From the NCBI GenBank assembly GCA_963760795.1, contig CAVXEP010000002.1, forward strand, positions 149,331 to 213,330: a stretch of DNA of 64,000 nt, in the 5' to 3' direction. Positions 49,145 through 59,763 of this stretch are shown here, in pieces; the stretch's first letter is position 1; the number at the start of each line of letters is the position of its first letter. The notes under the pieces are model-generated. The model was not told where the DNA came from. It saw only the letters and a program-made list of their open reading frames with translations, and did no database searches. The DNA comes from an uncultured delta proteobacterium. Its GTDB lineage: Bacteria; Desulfobacterota; Binatia; UBA9968. The position numbers were made by a program, and so were the translations under genes.

Positions 49145-50155
49145 TTATTTCTTCGCCAATTCCGCCCACGCTTGCTTTAGATAGCTCTGATCGATGTATT
49201 TAGTCGGCGGCGGCAACGGCTCCTTGAGAATGCCCTGATCCGCGGTGATCTTCATTACCGTGCGTACGCCTTCGAGATTCAAGTCGGCATTGCGATCCCA
49301 AATCCGGCTCTTCCAATTGTAGTCCGAACCATGGCGGCAGTGCTCCAGGCTGAGCACCATCTCTTTGGTCAGGTAAGCGCAGGCCTGATCGCGGTTGTCG
49401 TTCATCCAGCGCATGGTCGACACCATCGCTTTCATGAAGCGCACCACCAGCGGCCGATTCTTCTCCGCCCAGGAGCGCTTCACAATGTAAGTGTTGAATT
49501 GAAAATTGGGCAGATCGTCGGCGAAGTAGCCGATGATGTTAAAACCCTGCTGCTTGGCGACCAGATCGAGCGGCACACCCACCGGTGCGGAGGAAATCTG
49601 CCCCGAGGTTAATGCTTGGTAACGATCCGACGCGCCGCCGATGTTGAGCAGCTGGTAATCCCGCGGATATTCGAGCCCATGGACTTTGAGCACCAAGCGC
49701 AAAGCGAAGCCGGTGCCGGAAGTCAGCGTCTGCGTGCCGATGGTGGTGCCGCGCAGATCGGCGTAGCTCTTATATTGCTTGCCGCCGATCATGCTCAACC
49801 CCAGTCCGTTGATCAACCCGCCAATCATTGTCAAATCGGCGCCGCCCTTCTCGTAAGCATTGATCAGAGTATCCACCGTCGCGTTAGCGACAAAAATAGA
49901 ATCGGCGGTCAGCGCCTGGATCGTCAGCGGCGAACCGCGCATGGTGACGATCGGCACGTCCAGCCCTTCCTTTTCAAAAAACCCCATCTTCGCCGCCACC
50001 CACAGCGGCCCGTAGCTCAAAGTCTTGGAAGATTCGCCGATGGGGAAGCGAAACTTCTCCTGCGCTTCGATTCGTCCTGCGCCCAAGAAGAGCAGTAACA
50101 TCGAGCAGCCTATCCAGAATCGCATCTTCATCCGAAACCTCTTCCTCCTCACCAC
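49145..50155 (-). CDS. ABC transporter substrate-binding protein, NMT1/SsuA/THI5-like
   Basis: QEKFRFPIG, GFFEKEGLDV, YKSYADLRGTTIG; close paralog of the next gene. Confidence 0.88.
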   Translation of the reverse strand: MVRRKRFRMKMRFWIGCSMLLLFLGAGRIEAQEKFRFPIGESSKTLSYGPLWVAAKMGFFEKEGLDVPIVTMRGSPLTIQALTADSIFVANATVDTLINAYEKGGADLTMIGGLINGLGLSMIGGKQYKSYADLRGTTIGTQTLTSGTGFALRLVLKVHGLEYPRDYQLLNIGGASDRYQALTSGQISSAPVGVPLDLVAKQQGFNIIGYFADDLPNFQFNTYIVKRSWAEKNRPLVVRFMKAMVSTMRWMNDNRDQACAYLTKEMVLSLEHCRHGSDYNWKSRIWDRNADLNLEGVRTVMKITADQGILKEPLPPPTKYIDQSYLKQAWAELAKK

Positions 50156-51145
50156 TTACTTCTTCGCCAACTCCGCGAACGCCTGCTTCAGGTAACTCTG
50201 ATCGATATACTTCGCCGGCGCTGCCAGCGGCTCTTTCTGGCCGGCGATCTCGGCGACGATCTTGATCATGGTGCGGACGCCGTCGAGATTCAGCTCGGCG
50301 TTGCGGTCCCAGACATAATTCTTAACACTATATTCCCAGGCAATGCGGCAGTTCTCGACTGTCATCGACATTTCCTTCGACAGATAGCCACAAGCCGCGT
50401 CGCGGTTGTCGAACAGCCAGCGATGGGTTTGCACTATCGCCTTCATGTAGCGCACCACCAGCGGGCGATTTTTTTCGGCCCACGAACGCTTGACGGTGTA
50501 CGGGTTCAAAAAATAATTGGGCACATCGTCGGCAAAATAGCCGAGCACGTTGAATCCCTGCTGCTTGGCCGCGATATCCAGCGGCACGCTCAACGGCGTC
50601 GCGGCGATCTGACCTGACTGCAATGCGATGTAACGATCGGTCACGCCGCCGACATTTAGGATTTGGTAATCGCGCGGATACTCAAGGCCATGGGCGCGCA
50701 GCACCAGACGCATGGCAAAGCCGGTTCCGGTGGTAATCGTCTGCGAGCCGATGGTCTTGCCGCGCAAATCGTCAAAAGTCTTGTACGGCTTGGCGGCCAC
50801 CAGGCTCATGCTCAAATTATTGAGCAGGCTGCCGACCATCGCCAAGTCGAGTCCTTTGTCGACGGCGCCAATCACGCCATCGGTGCCGACATTGGCGACA
50901 TAGATCGACTCGGTGGCCAAAGCTTGAATAGTGATCGGCGTACCGCGCATGACGACGATCTGAACATCCAATCCCTCGCGCTCGAAGTAGCCGAGTTTTT
51001 GTCCCAGCCACAACGGCCCGTAGCTAAAAGTTTTCGAAGACGCGCCGATCGGGAAGCGAACCTTCTCCTGCGCCAGCGCAAGCGACGGGATCGCATGTGA
51101 CGCGCAAAAGAGGAGCACCCAGACAAAACACAGCGGCAGATTCAT
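50156..51145 (-). CDS. ABC transporter substrate-binding protein, NMT1/SsuA/THI5-like
   Basis: QEKVRFPIG, GYFEREGLDV, YKTFDDLRGKTIG; shares HGLEYPRDYQ and KRSWAEKNRPLVVR with 49145-50155. Confidence 0.88.
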   Translation of the reverse strand: MNLPLCFVWVLLFCASHAIPSLALAQEKVRFPIGASSKTFSYGPLWLGQKLGYFEREGLDVQIVVMRGTPITIQALATESIYVANVGTDGVIGAVDKGLDLAMVGSLLNNLSMSLVAAKPYKTFDDLRGKTIGSQTITTGTGFAMRLVLRAHGLEYPRDYQILNVGGVTDRYIALQSGQIAATPLSVPLDIAAKQQGFNVLGYFADDVPNYFLNPYTVKRSWAEKNRPLVVRYMKAIVQTHRWLFDNRDAACGYLSKEMSMTVENCRIAWEYSVKNYVWDRNAELNLDGVRTMIKIVAEIAGQKEPLAAPAKYIDQSYLKQAFAELAKK

Positions 51146-51238
51146 CCGATCTCCTAATTCTTATCGCCTTACCCCTAACCCCTGACGCCTAACGATCGGC
51201 GCTCATCACTCCACTACTCCAACACTCCATCTCTCCAA

Positions 51239-52303
51239 TCATCCTATCTGCTTGATGACGCACAAAGTATTCCGCCCGGTCCACATCGGCAGGAACACCG
51301 AGTGGCGATGCTTGCCGCCGATGACGATGACCATGATGTCCTCGGCCTTGGTGGACAGATGCACCACGCCGTCGGGCGTCATGTTGATCGACTCGCGCAT
51401 GAGTTCATCATCGGACTTATGGCCTTTGCGGCGCGCGGGAATCTCCGCGAAATTCAACGAAGCATGCTCCCAGAGATATTCCTTCACCTGCTTCTTGGTG
51501 ATGCCGTCGCGCGCCATGATCTCCGCGTCTTCGATGCCGAGGGCGATCAGCGGCGTGCCGCCGCCGAAACTGCCGACATCCAAATGGCTCACGCCATGAT
51601 GCATCTTGATCACTTCGGCCAAGGAAGACAGCGCCTGCTCGCCGCGATTGCCGGCGGTGTGGATCGGCAGAAAGCCATTGATGCCAAAGACCGTCACGGC
51701 GCTATCTTCCGGCTTGAAACCGAATTCGACGTGATAGGGTTCCCAGGGACTTTTCTCCTGATTCTCGCCGAAGCACATGGTGTACTTTCCCGGCCAGCCG
51801 AAGGTCGAACGGTCGGTGTCGCCGGGATAACCGCCGCCGACGGTGATCAGGATCAAGCGAATCGCCCGGCCGATGGTCGCATTGGAGCGAAAGCCGGGAC
51901 CGAACACGCCCGAGTCGCAGTTGACGTTGAGCGCCGTGCGAATCGGCCCGTTGAGCAAGAGCGCGGGACCGACATAACCGGTGGTCGCCTGCACGCCGTA
52001 GAGATTGAAGCGCGGCTCGCAGATCGCTTCCACCGCAGCGATGATCACCGGCAAGTACTCCGGCAAGCAGCCCGCCATGACCGCGTTGATGGCGATCTTC
52101 TCGATCGAACAAGGCGCCCACTTGGGCGGGATCGGCCCGATAACCTCCGCCGGATCCCGCGTCGTCGCCGCGAGCATCCTCTCCACCCGTTCCGCCGTCG
52201 GCGGCACGATGGGCAAGCCGTCGCTGAGTTTTTCCTTCAAGAACCAGTCGTTGACGGCTTCCCAGTTATCTTCGACTTCGATTAAGTTTGAGGTGAGGTT
52301 CAT
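51239..52303 (-). CDS. Conserved hypothetical protein (DGLPxVPPT family, often linked to UGSC-type redox proteins)
   Basis: SDGLPIVPPTAERVERML, EKIAINAVMAGCLPEYLPV, NGPIR, GPGFRSNATIGRAIRL, FGENQEKSPW. Confidence 0.75.
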   Translation of the reverse strand: MNLTSNLIEVEDNWEAVNDWFLKEKLSDGLPIVPPTAERVERMLAATTRDPAEVIGPIPPKWAPCSIEKIAINAVMAGCLPEYLPVIIAAVEAICEPRFNLYGVQATTGYVGPALLLNGPIRTALNVNCDSGVFGPGFRSNATIGRAIRLILITVGGGYPGDTDRSTFGWPGKYTMCFGENQEKSPWEPYHVEFGFKPEDSAVTVFGINGFLPIHTAGNRGEQALSSLAEVIKMHHGVSHLDVGSFGGGTPLIALGIEDAEIMARDGITKKQVKEYLWEHASLNFAEIPARRKGHKSDDELMRESINMTPDGVVHLSTKAEDIMVIVIGGKHRHSVFLPMWTGRNTLCVIKQIG

Positions 52304-52519
52304 GGTTTCTTAAGACTCCTAACGTATCGATATGCTAATTTCGCATGCAAAAAAAGAGCGGACACATGAGACACGCTGGCGATCGCGGCATTGCACTGGG
52401 AACGGCTGGATCGAAGAATCGCTAGGTTCGCTGATATTACGTTGCGCTGTTGAGCATTGCCGGCGATTTCTGATACTGATGATCAGGAAAATTATTCAAC
52501 CGAAAGCAGGAAGCGACTC

Positions 52520-53602
52520 ATGCGTATCATCGACGCCGACGGTCATGTATTGGAACGGGATATTCCCTGGGCGGATTTACTCGAAGCGCCCTACCGCGAT
52601 CGCGCCCCGAGAGCGGTCAAGGACAATCGCGGCTTCACCTTCGTCATGATGGAAGGCAAACTGACGCCCAAGCCGGTGGGCAAAGCGTGCAGCTTCGTCG
52701 GCGCGCCGCGCAGCCATAGTCCCCAGGCCACCACCGGCATGACCGATCCCGTGCAGCGTCTCAAAGACATGGACTTGGAAGGCATCGACACCGCGGTGCT
52801 GTTCGGCACCTCGCCGTTTTTGAGTTTGCCCTTCGTCGAGGATAAAGACTTGGCCTCCGCCGTGGCTCGCGTCTACAACAACTGGCTCGCCGGATATTGC
52901 AACGCGGATAATCGCAGACTCAAAGGCGTCGCCGCGGTCGCCATCCAAGATCCCGCCGAAGCGGTGAAAGAGTTACGGCGCGCGGTCGAAGAGCTGAAGT
53001 TTGTCGCCGTCGCCACGCCGCCGATTTCGGCGTCGAAGAAAAATCTCGACGATCCCGATCTTCATCCGTTCTTCGCCGAGGCCGAAAGATTGAACGTGCC
53101 GGTGTGCATTCATGTCGGCGCCGGCGACGGCGTGCCGGCGGCCACCGAACGCTTCGATCATCCGCTCTACAGCCACGCCATGGCCCATCCCTTCGAGCAG
53201 ATGATCGCCTCCCTCTGCGTCGTCTGCGGCGGCATGCTCGAGCGCTTTCCCAAACTGAAATTCGCCTTCATGGAAGCCGGCTGCGGCTGGGTGCCCTACT
53301 GGATGGAGCGATTGGACGAGCACTACGAGATCCTCCAGCCGACGGTTCCGTGGCTGACCAAACCGCCGAGCGAGTACATGAAGAGCGGCCAGATGTTTTA
53401 CGCCTTCGAGATGGAAGAGAAAATGCTGCCCTATGTCGCCGATTTTGTCGGCGAAGAACGGCTAGTCTTCGCCACCGACTACAACCACAGCGATTCCAAA
53501 TTCCCCCATACGGTAGAAGAGGTGATGGAACGCAAAGATTTGACCGATGGGTTGAAGGCCAAAATCATGGGTGAGAACGCGGCGAAGCTGTACAGTTTGT
53601 AA
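52520..53602 (+). CDS. Amidohydrolase_2 family protein (ACMSD/LigW-like)
   Basis: IIDADGHVLE, RLKDMDLEGID, YNNWLA, VPVCIH, LERFPKLKFAFMEAGCGW, FATDYNHSD. Confidence 0.9.
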   Translation: MRIIDADGHVLERDIPWADLLEAPYRDRAPRAVKDNRGFTFVMMEGKLTPKPVGKACSFVGAPRSHSPQATTGMTDPVQRLKDMDLEGIDTAVLFGTSPFLSLPFVEDKDLASAVARVYNNWLAGYCNADNRRLKGVAAVAIQDPAEAVKELRRAVEELKFVAVATPPISASKKNLDDPDLHPFFAEAERLNVPVCIHVGAGDGVPAATERFDHPLYSHAMAHPFEQMIASLCVVCGGMLERFPKLKFAFMEAGCGWVPYWMERLDEHYEILQPTVPWLTKPPSEYMKSGQMFYAFEMEEKMLPYVADFVGEERLVFATDYNHSDSKFPHTVEEVMERKDLTDGLKAKIMGENAAKLYSL

Positions 53603-53695
53603 GGGCGAAACATTTTTCGTCCTTACCACTATTGCCCCCTTTGCGTCCGATCGCCCTGAGCAGCGTCGAAGGATGCGGCCAATCCTATTCGCTTC

Positions 53696-54646
53696 CTACC
53701 GGCCCAACTCCTGCGCCACTTGGCGCGTCAGGGTAAAATCCGCCAACTCCGCCGGCTTCATCGTGATCTTCGTCTTGGTCTGCTCGGCGATGCGATTGAG
53801 CTCGATCTGCACTTCTTGATCGGCGAGCCAGAGCGTCGGATTGAGCGTTTCCATGATCGCGTCGTAGACCGCTTCCGACACATCCTTGTCCATCTTGTAT
53901 TGATTCATGATGAACTGCACGGTTTCGCTCTTCCGAGTACGAGCGAAGTCCACCGCGCGCATCACCGCGCGGATCGCCCGGCGCAGCTTCGGCGCCTCTT
54001 TTTCGAGTTTCTCCTTGGTCGTCACCAACCCGGTGGTCGGCGAGACCGGGATAACATCGCTGGTCTTGACCAGATCGCGATAGCCCATCCGTTTGGCGAG
54101 GATACTATAGGGCGGCGTCAGCGCCACCGCCGGCATGCTGCCCTGCTGCAAAGTGAGAAAGCCGTTGGCGACATCGCCGGTGGAAACCAGCTGCACGTCT
54201 TTATCGACGCCGGATGGCTTCAAGGCTTCGAGCACTTGGTAGAACTGCGTGCCCCAGTTGCCGCCGACGCCGATCATCTTGCCGCGCAGATCCTCGACGC
54301 GCTGAATATTTTTCTGCGCCAGTATCCACAGGTCGGCCTTTTTGGTGATGTTGAGGATCATTTTCAGCGGCGCGCCGTTGACCGCCGCGCGCATCGCCGA
54401 GCCGCCAGCCGTGGTGAAATCGATGCTGCCGGTGACCAACGCCGCGATGCCGGTATTGGTGCGCATGACGATAATCTCCGCACTCAGCCCTTCACGGCTG
54501 AAGAATCCTTCTTTCGCCGCCAGATGCACCGGCCAGGACGCCAGGCCCGGAGAAGATGGAGATATGCGAATTTTTTCCTGAGCTTGGGCCAAATGCGCGA
54601 AAAGCAGCGACGCTGCAACAACTTCTAACAGCGCTATGGCGGTCAT
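53696..54646 (-). CDS. ABC transporter substrate-binding protein, NMT1/SsuA/THI5-like
   Basis: Signal peptide ..AQAQEK, EGFFSREGL, ALVTGSIDF, VEDLRGKMIG. Confidence 0.87.
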   Translation of the reverse strand: MTAIALLEVVAASLLFAHLAQAQEKIRISPSSPGLASWPVHLAAKEGFFSREGLSAEIIVMRTNTGIAALVTGSIDFTTAGGSAMRAAVNGAPLKMILNITKKADLWILAQKNIQRVEDLRGKMIGVGGNWGTQFYQVLEALKPSGVDKDVQLVSTGDVANGFLTLQQGSMPAVALTPPYSILAKRMGYRDLVKTSDVIPVSPTTGLVTTKEKLEKEAPKLRRAIRAVMRAVDFARTRKSETVQFIMNQYKMDKDVSEAVYDAIMETLNPTLWLADQEVQIELNRIAEQTKTKITMKPAELADFTLTRQVAQELGR

Positions 54647-54695
54647 GGCAGCGCCGCGGGTGAAACCGAAACCAGCAACTCGAAGCCCGAAACTG

Positions 54696-55706
54696 TTAAA
54701 TCCCGTACAGCGCCTTGGCATTGTCGTAGAGAATCTTGTCGATGATGCGCGGCTCGACATCGCCCTTTGCCTTGATTGTGCGCAGCGCTTCGATCTCCGC
54801 CGAAGTGTCGTTGTGGCCATAGTCCGAACCGATGACGAGGTTGTCCTCGCCGGAATATTTGAGCACCTGCGGCAAGTCGTCATCGGTTTGGCAGGTGACG
54901 TAGACATGATTGTCGCGGATCAAATTGCGCGCCACCGAATTGTCGGCGCGATCGAAGCGCCGGGCGATTTCAACGGCCATGTAGGGTATCCATTGGGCGC
55001 GCACCTCGATGAAGCCGAACTTGAGTTTGGGAAATCTCTTGGGCACGCCATCATGAACGATGGAATGAAACGCCGACAGCACCGGCGCCTTGAAGCGCAT
55101 GAAGCCATTCTCGCCGTCAAAAAGTTTAACCCAGTCGAAGCTGCCGGTGGAAGCGTGAACCAGGATTGGCATCTCGCCATTTTCCGCCGCGGCGTAGATC
55201 GGAAAAAAGCTTGGATGGCTCAAACGCTTGTCGTCGATCAGACCGCGCATGAAAATACCGCAGGCGCCGTTCGCCCTGGCGAATTCCACTTCAGTCACGG
55301 CGCTGGCAATATCTATGACCGGGATCACCGCGACCCAGCGCAACCGTCCTTCGCTCCGGGCGCAGATATCGATGAGCCAGCGGTTGTAACTGCGGCAGAT
55401 GGCATTTTCGACTTCGGCGCTGGCTGTCAGCGGCCGCAAGAACAACGACGGGTAGAGCACCTGGAGATCGATCTCCAACTCGTCCATATGCTTCAATCTT
55501 CCCTTGATATCGCGCATCTCGCAGATATCCAGCGGCAGATTCTTATCGAGATTGACACCGCGGTTAAACACCCGCCCGTCGACCAACCAGTTCTGCGGCC
55601 GTCCCCCTCCGGGCGAGATCAAATACGGGCGGATTTTTTCGTTCTCGATATAGGACCAGGTTTGTTCACACTCGATGACATGAGCATCGGCATCGATGGT
55701 TGGCAT
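54696..55706 (-). CDS. Amidohydrolase_2 family protein
   Basis: IDADAHVIE, RLKHMDELEIDLQVLYPS, YNRWL, PILVH, RFPKLKFGFIE, IGSDYGHND. Confidence 0.9.
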   Translation of the reverse strand: MPTIDADAHVIECEQTWSYIENEKIRPYLISPGGGRPQNWLVDGRVFNRGVNLDKNLPLDICEMRDIKGRLKHMDELEIDLQVLYPSLFLRPLTASAEVENAICRSYNRWLIDICARSEGRLRWVAVIPVIDIASAVTEVEFARANGACGIFMRGLIDDKRLSHPSFFPIYAAAENGEMPILVHASTGSFDWVKLFDGENGFMRFKAPVLSAFHSIVHDGVPKRFPKLKFGFIEVRAQWIPYMAVEIARRFDRADNSVARNLIRDNHVYVTCQTDDDLPQVLKYSGEDNLVIGSDYGHNDTSAEIEALRTIKAKGDVEPRIIDKILYDNAKALYGI

Positions 55707-55862
55707 GGCAAGCCTCCAGACGGGAGTTGTATTGGTCGACAAATTAACTCTATTGCCGGCCGAGCGTCAAATAGATCGTCGGGCAAAGCGCCAGGGAATT
55801 GAATTGCCTGGGACCCTTTATTCCAAATTGCTGGTATAATCGTAATCCACAGGAGACAGATA

Positions 55863-56453
55863 TTGAGAGCAATAAGCGGACAATCGATGGTCCTGGCGCT
55901 GGTCTTTTTTACCCTGGCGGGCTGCCATGAAGCGGGTCATATCGACCTCCCAGGGAACTATGGCTCGGCGGCCAATGAAATCGTCGGCGAAGTGATCAAT
56001 GTCGATAACCGCAGCCGGGAGATCGAGATCCGCGCCGACTCGGGCCGCACTTCGATGGTTCGCTACGATAACAACACCCAAGTGCTGTACCGCCAGCGCA
56101 CCTACCCGGTGGCCAACTTGGAACGCGGCGATTACGTCGCGGCGCGTGTCCAGCAAGACCGCGACGGCCGCTACTCCACCAACACGATCAGCGTGCGCGA
56201 GTCAGCACAGGACCGCGGCACTGTCGGCGTTAGCCGTCTGGATCGAACCGAAGGACGGGTCGAGTATGTCGACAACGGCCGCGGTACTTTCGAGCTGCGC
56301 GATTCGCGCAACCGGCTGGTCGTCGTGGCCGTCGACTTCAACGCACCCAAGGCGGTCACCGACCGGTTCAAGCGTTTGAGAAACGGCGACCAGGTGCGCA
56401 TCGAAGGACGCTCGGTGAGCGTCGACCGTTTCGAATTGGCAAGTTTCTTATAA
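55863..56453 (+). CDS. Lipoprotein with two OB-like beta repeats (DUF5666-like)
   Basis: Lipobox LAGC; repeated GxVxxVD...L(E/R)xGDxV units. Confidence 0.7.
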   Translation: MRAISGQSMVLALVFFTLAGCHEAGHIDLPGNYGSAANEIVGEVINVDNRSREIEIRADSGRTSMVRYDNNTQVLYRQRTYPVANLERGDYVAARVQQDRDGRYSTNTISVRESAQDRGTVGVSRLDRTEGRVEYVDNGRGTFELRDSRNRLVVVAVDFNAPKAVTDRFKRLRNGDQVRIEGRSVSVDRFELASFL

Positions 56454-56670
56454 ATCCCGCCTTAACGAAGCGCTCCGTGTGCCGCGCCAGTTCTCGGCGC
56501 GCGGCGCGTTTACCGATACCAACCTACCAGCTACCTGGCGCCCTTCCATTGAATCGGTGAGTGAGTTAATAGAGCTTGTGCAGTGACTATTACATCAAGG
56601 GATTTAAACATCCTACGGCTGCGAGCCGAGAGATTTTGACAGTGTCAAGTTGAAGTCGACTCTCGGTTTG

Positions 56671-56783
56671 TCGTCATTCTCGCGCACGCGGGAATCCAGG
56701 TGACGGACACTGTCCGTCATACCGTTGAAAAACGGTATCCAGGCGGATGATGGGCCTGGATTCCCGTTGTCACGGGAATGACG
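56671..56783. repeat. Cluster of three GTCAT...ATCCAG / GGAATGAC REP-like palindromes
   Basis: gtcattctcgcgcacgcgggaatccagg; gtcataccgttgaaaaacggtatccagg; ctggattcccgttgtcacgggaatgac. Confidence 0.75.
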
Positions 56784-56855
56784 GAATTGGAACAATCGAC
56801 TTCGAGCCGAGAGTAGAGTTTTGAGAATCTACTCTGAAGTGAGCGAATAGACCTT

Positions 56856-58518
56856 ATGACCCAGGACCCATCGGCACACAAACGCATACCCGTTCTCATC
56901 GCCGGCGCCGGCCCGGTCGGGCTAGCGCTCGCCATCGAGCTTGCTTACCGTGGCATTCGCTGCCTGGTGGTCGAGCAGAGCGATGGCTCGGTGGATTTTC
57001 CGACGACGAATCTCGCCAACACCCGCACCTGCGAGCATCTGCGCCGCTGGGGCTTCGCCGACCGCATGCGCTTCGAGTCGGGCTATCCGACCGACTACCC
57101 GCGCAATTATTTGTTCGTCACGCGCATGGACGGCTTCGAGATCGCCCGCTTCGATCACCCGGCCAACGGCGCGCCCGAGTCGCGCTCGCCGTACAGTCCC
57201 GAGGGACGGCTGTGGATTTCCAAGCCCTACTTCGATCCGGTCTTGCGCCAACATGCCTCGGCCTTGCCGCAGGTTGAAGTCCGCTATCTAACGGAGTTCA
57301 AATCCTTCGAGCAGAGCGCCGACAAGGTTGTCGCAACTGTCGCCGACGTCAAATCCGGCCAAGAAGAAACCATCGAAGCCGACTACCTGGCCGGCTGCGA
57401 CGGCGGCCGTAGCAACATTCGGCGCGCTCTTGGAATCAAGTACGAGGGCGTGTTTTCCCAAGGCATGAACGTCGCCGTGCTGTTCCGCTCGCCCTTGCTG
57501 AAAATGATCTCGCATGGACCGGCGGTGCAGTATCAGATCATCAACGCGCAGATCAACGGCGCCATCGCCGCCGTCGACGGCAAAGAGCTGTGGCGTTTGA
57601 ACGTGCGCAACGTCCTGCAGGAACAGATCGATAGTTTGAACGCGCCGGAAAAGATCCGCGCGGCCCTCGGGCCGGATATTCCATTCGAATTGCTCGCCGT
57701 GCGCCCATGGACCGGCCACTGCGTGGTTGCTGATAATTATCAGCAAGGCCGGGTCTTCCTCGCCGGCGATGCCGCGCATTTGAACTGGCCGGCCGGCGGA
57801 TTCGGCATGAACACCGGCGTCGGCGACGCCGTCGACATCGGCTGGAAGTTGGCCGCCGTGCTACAAGGCTGGGGCGGCGCAAATTTGTTGAATAGTTATA
57901 CGGCGGAACGAAAACCGATCGCCATGATCAACGTCAACGAAGCCGCCGAGATGCGCGCCAACTTCGACAACCAAACGCCCTTCTCGCCTAAGATCGGCGA
58001 AGACAGCGACGAAGGCAGAGCGCTGCGCGACAAAGCCCGCGCCGCGATCATGCGCACCCGCGCCAAGGAGTTTCAGCATGACTCCGCCGGCATCGAGTTG
58101 GGCTACCGCTACGAAAACTCGCCGATCTGCGTCGCCGACGGCACCCCGGCGCCGGAACTCGACCACGGCCTCTACGTGCCCTCAACCTGGCCCGGCGCCC
58201 GCGCGCCCCATGTCTGGCTCAAAGACGGCCGCTCGACGCTGGATTTGTTCGGCAAAGGATTCGTCCTGCTGAATTTCTCCGGCACTAACACGACCACGAT
58301 CACGGACGCGGCGCAGCGCAGTCGGCTTGCCATTGGAAGTCGTGAACATAACCGAACCGAAGGTGCGGGAAATTTATGAGCGCGATTTAGTGCTAGTCCG
58401 CCCCGACGGCCATGTGGCTTGGCGCGGTAACGAAGCGCCAGGAAACCCGAGCGAGATCATCGACCGAATTCGCGGCACCAAGCTAATAACTCAGAACAAC
58501 AGCAGGGTCACTTCATGA
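56856..58518 (+). CDS. FAD-dependent aromatic monooxygenase (PheA/TfdB/RdmE-like; frameshift near 58320)
   Basis: VLIAGAGPVGL, YLAGCDGGRS, RVFLAGDAAH..PAGGFGMNTG, PGARAPHVWL, LVRPDGHVAWR. Confidence 0.92.
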
Positions 58519-59519
58519 ACCAAAAACAGAAAATAATTTTTGCTCATCCTCTGCTGCTATTCGACCCTTTTCATTTCTCCTGCTTGCAGCGGCAACTAAG
58601 GTTTCCTTTCCCTATACGCCCATCGGCGTCGCCAGTTGGCCCTGGTGGATCGCCAAGGACGCCGGATACTTCGAGAAACATGGCCTCGAGGTCGACATGA
58701 TCTACGTCGGCGCCTCGCCGGTGATCGTCCAGGCCATGCTCGGCGGCCAGGCTGGCGTCGGCGCCGGCGGCGGCACGCCGCTCGTCACCAACGTGCTGCA
58801 AGGCGGCGATGTCGTTCAGGTCGCCACCATGGTCCCCTACGCGATTCAGTCCTTGATCGTCCGTTCCGATATCAAAACCACCAAGGAACTTACCGGCAAA
58901 AAGATCGGCGTCAGCCGTTTGGGCGCGATCCCGCACTTCACCTTGCAAGCGATCACCAAGCTCTACAACGTCCAAGGCGTCAACGTCGTCCAGACCGGCA
59001 CCACCGCCCAAGGCGTGGCGAGTTTATCCCAAGGCTTGATCGACGGCGTCATCACCTCCGCGCCCAACACCTTTCGTCTGATGAAAGACGGCTACCGCGA
59101 GTTGGTCAGCCCGAAGGATTTTCGCAAACTCAACTTTGAATTCTTGATCAACGGCCTGGTCGCCCGCCGCTCCTTCGGCGCCAAGAACCGCGAGATCGTC
59201 ATCGGCATGATCAAAGCGACCATGGAAGGCACAAAGAGAATGTTCACCGACGAAAAATACTCGAAGGCGATCCTCGCCAAATACACCCGCCAATCCGAGA
59301 ACCGAAGTCCTCGACCAAAGCTACCGCTTCGCCCTCGACATCTACGTCAAAGACCCGACGGTGACCGCGAGTTCGATCCAACCCATCGTCCAACAAGCCG
59401 CCGAATGGAATCAGATCGACGCCAAGCTCGCGGCGTCGACACCGACCAGCGCGTACTACGACAACAGCTACATCGACGAGATCAAGAAGTCGGGGTTCTT
59501 TGCGCAGTTGTGGAAGTGA
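58515..59519 (+). CDS. ABC transporter substrate-binding protein, NMT1/SsuA/THI5-like (frameshifts near 58560 and 59300)
   Basis: WIAKDAGYFEKHGLEVDM, IKTTKELTGKKIG, C-terminal YDNSYIDEIKKSGFFAQLWK. Confidence 0.82.
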
Positions 59520-59763
59520 GGCAGCAAACCGAGGAGTTTGGAGTCTGGCGAATTGCCTCCTGGGTTGATACCGGCAATGTTAGTCCTAACAGGAAAACAC
59601 TGGTCTGCGTCGGCCGCCAGATTCTCCGAGACAAGAAAATGAACTAGTATGCTATATAATGGGTACGAACTTGGAAATTTTATTGGAATTTACTTTCGGT
59701 GACAAGAAGCCCGAGCTACTCATATAGCTAGGGAACTCCCAACCATCGTCGCAAGAGAAATAC

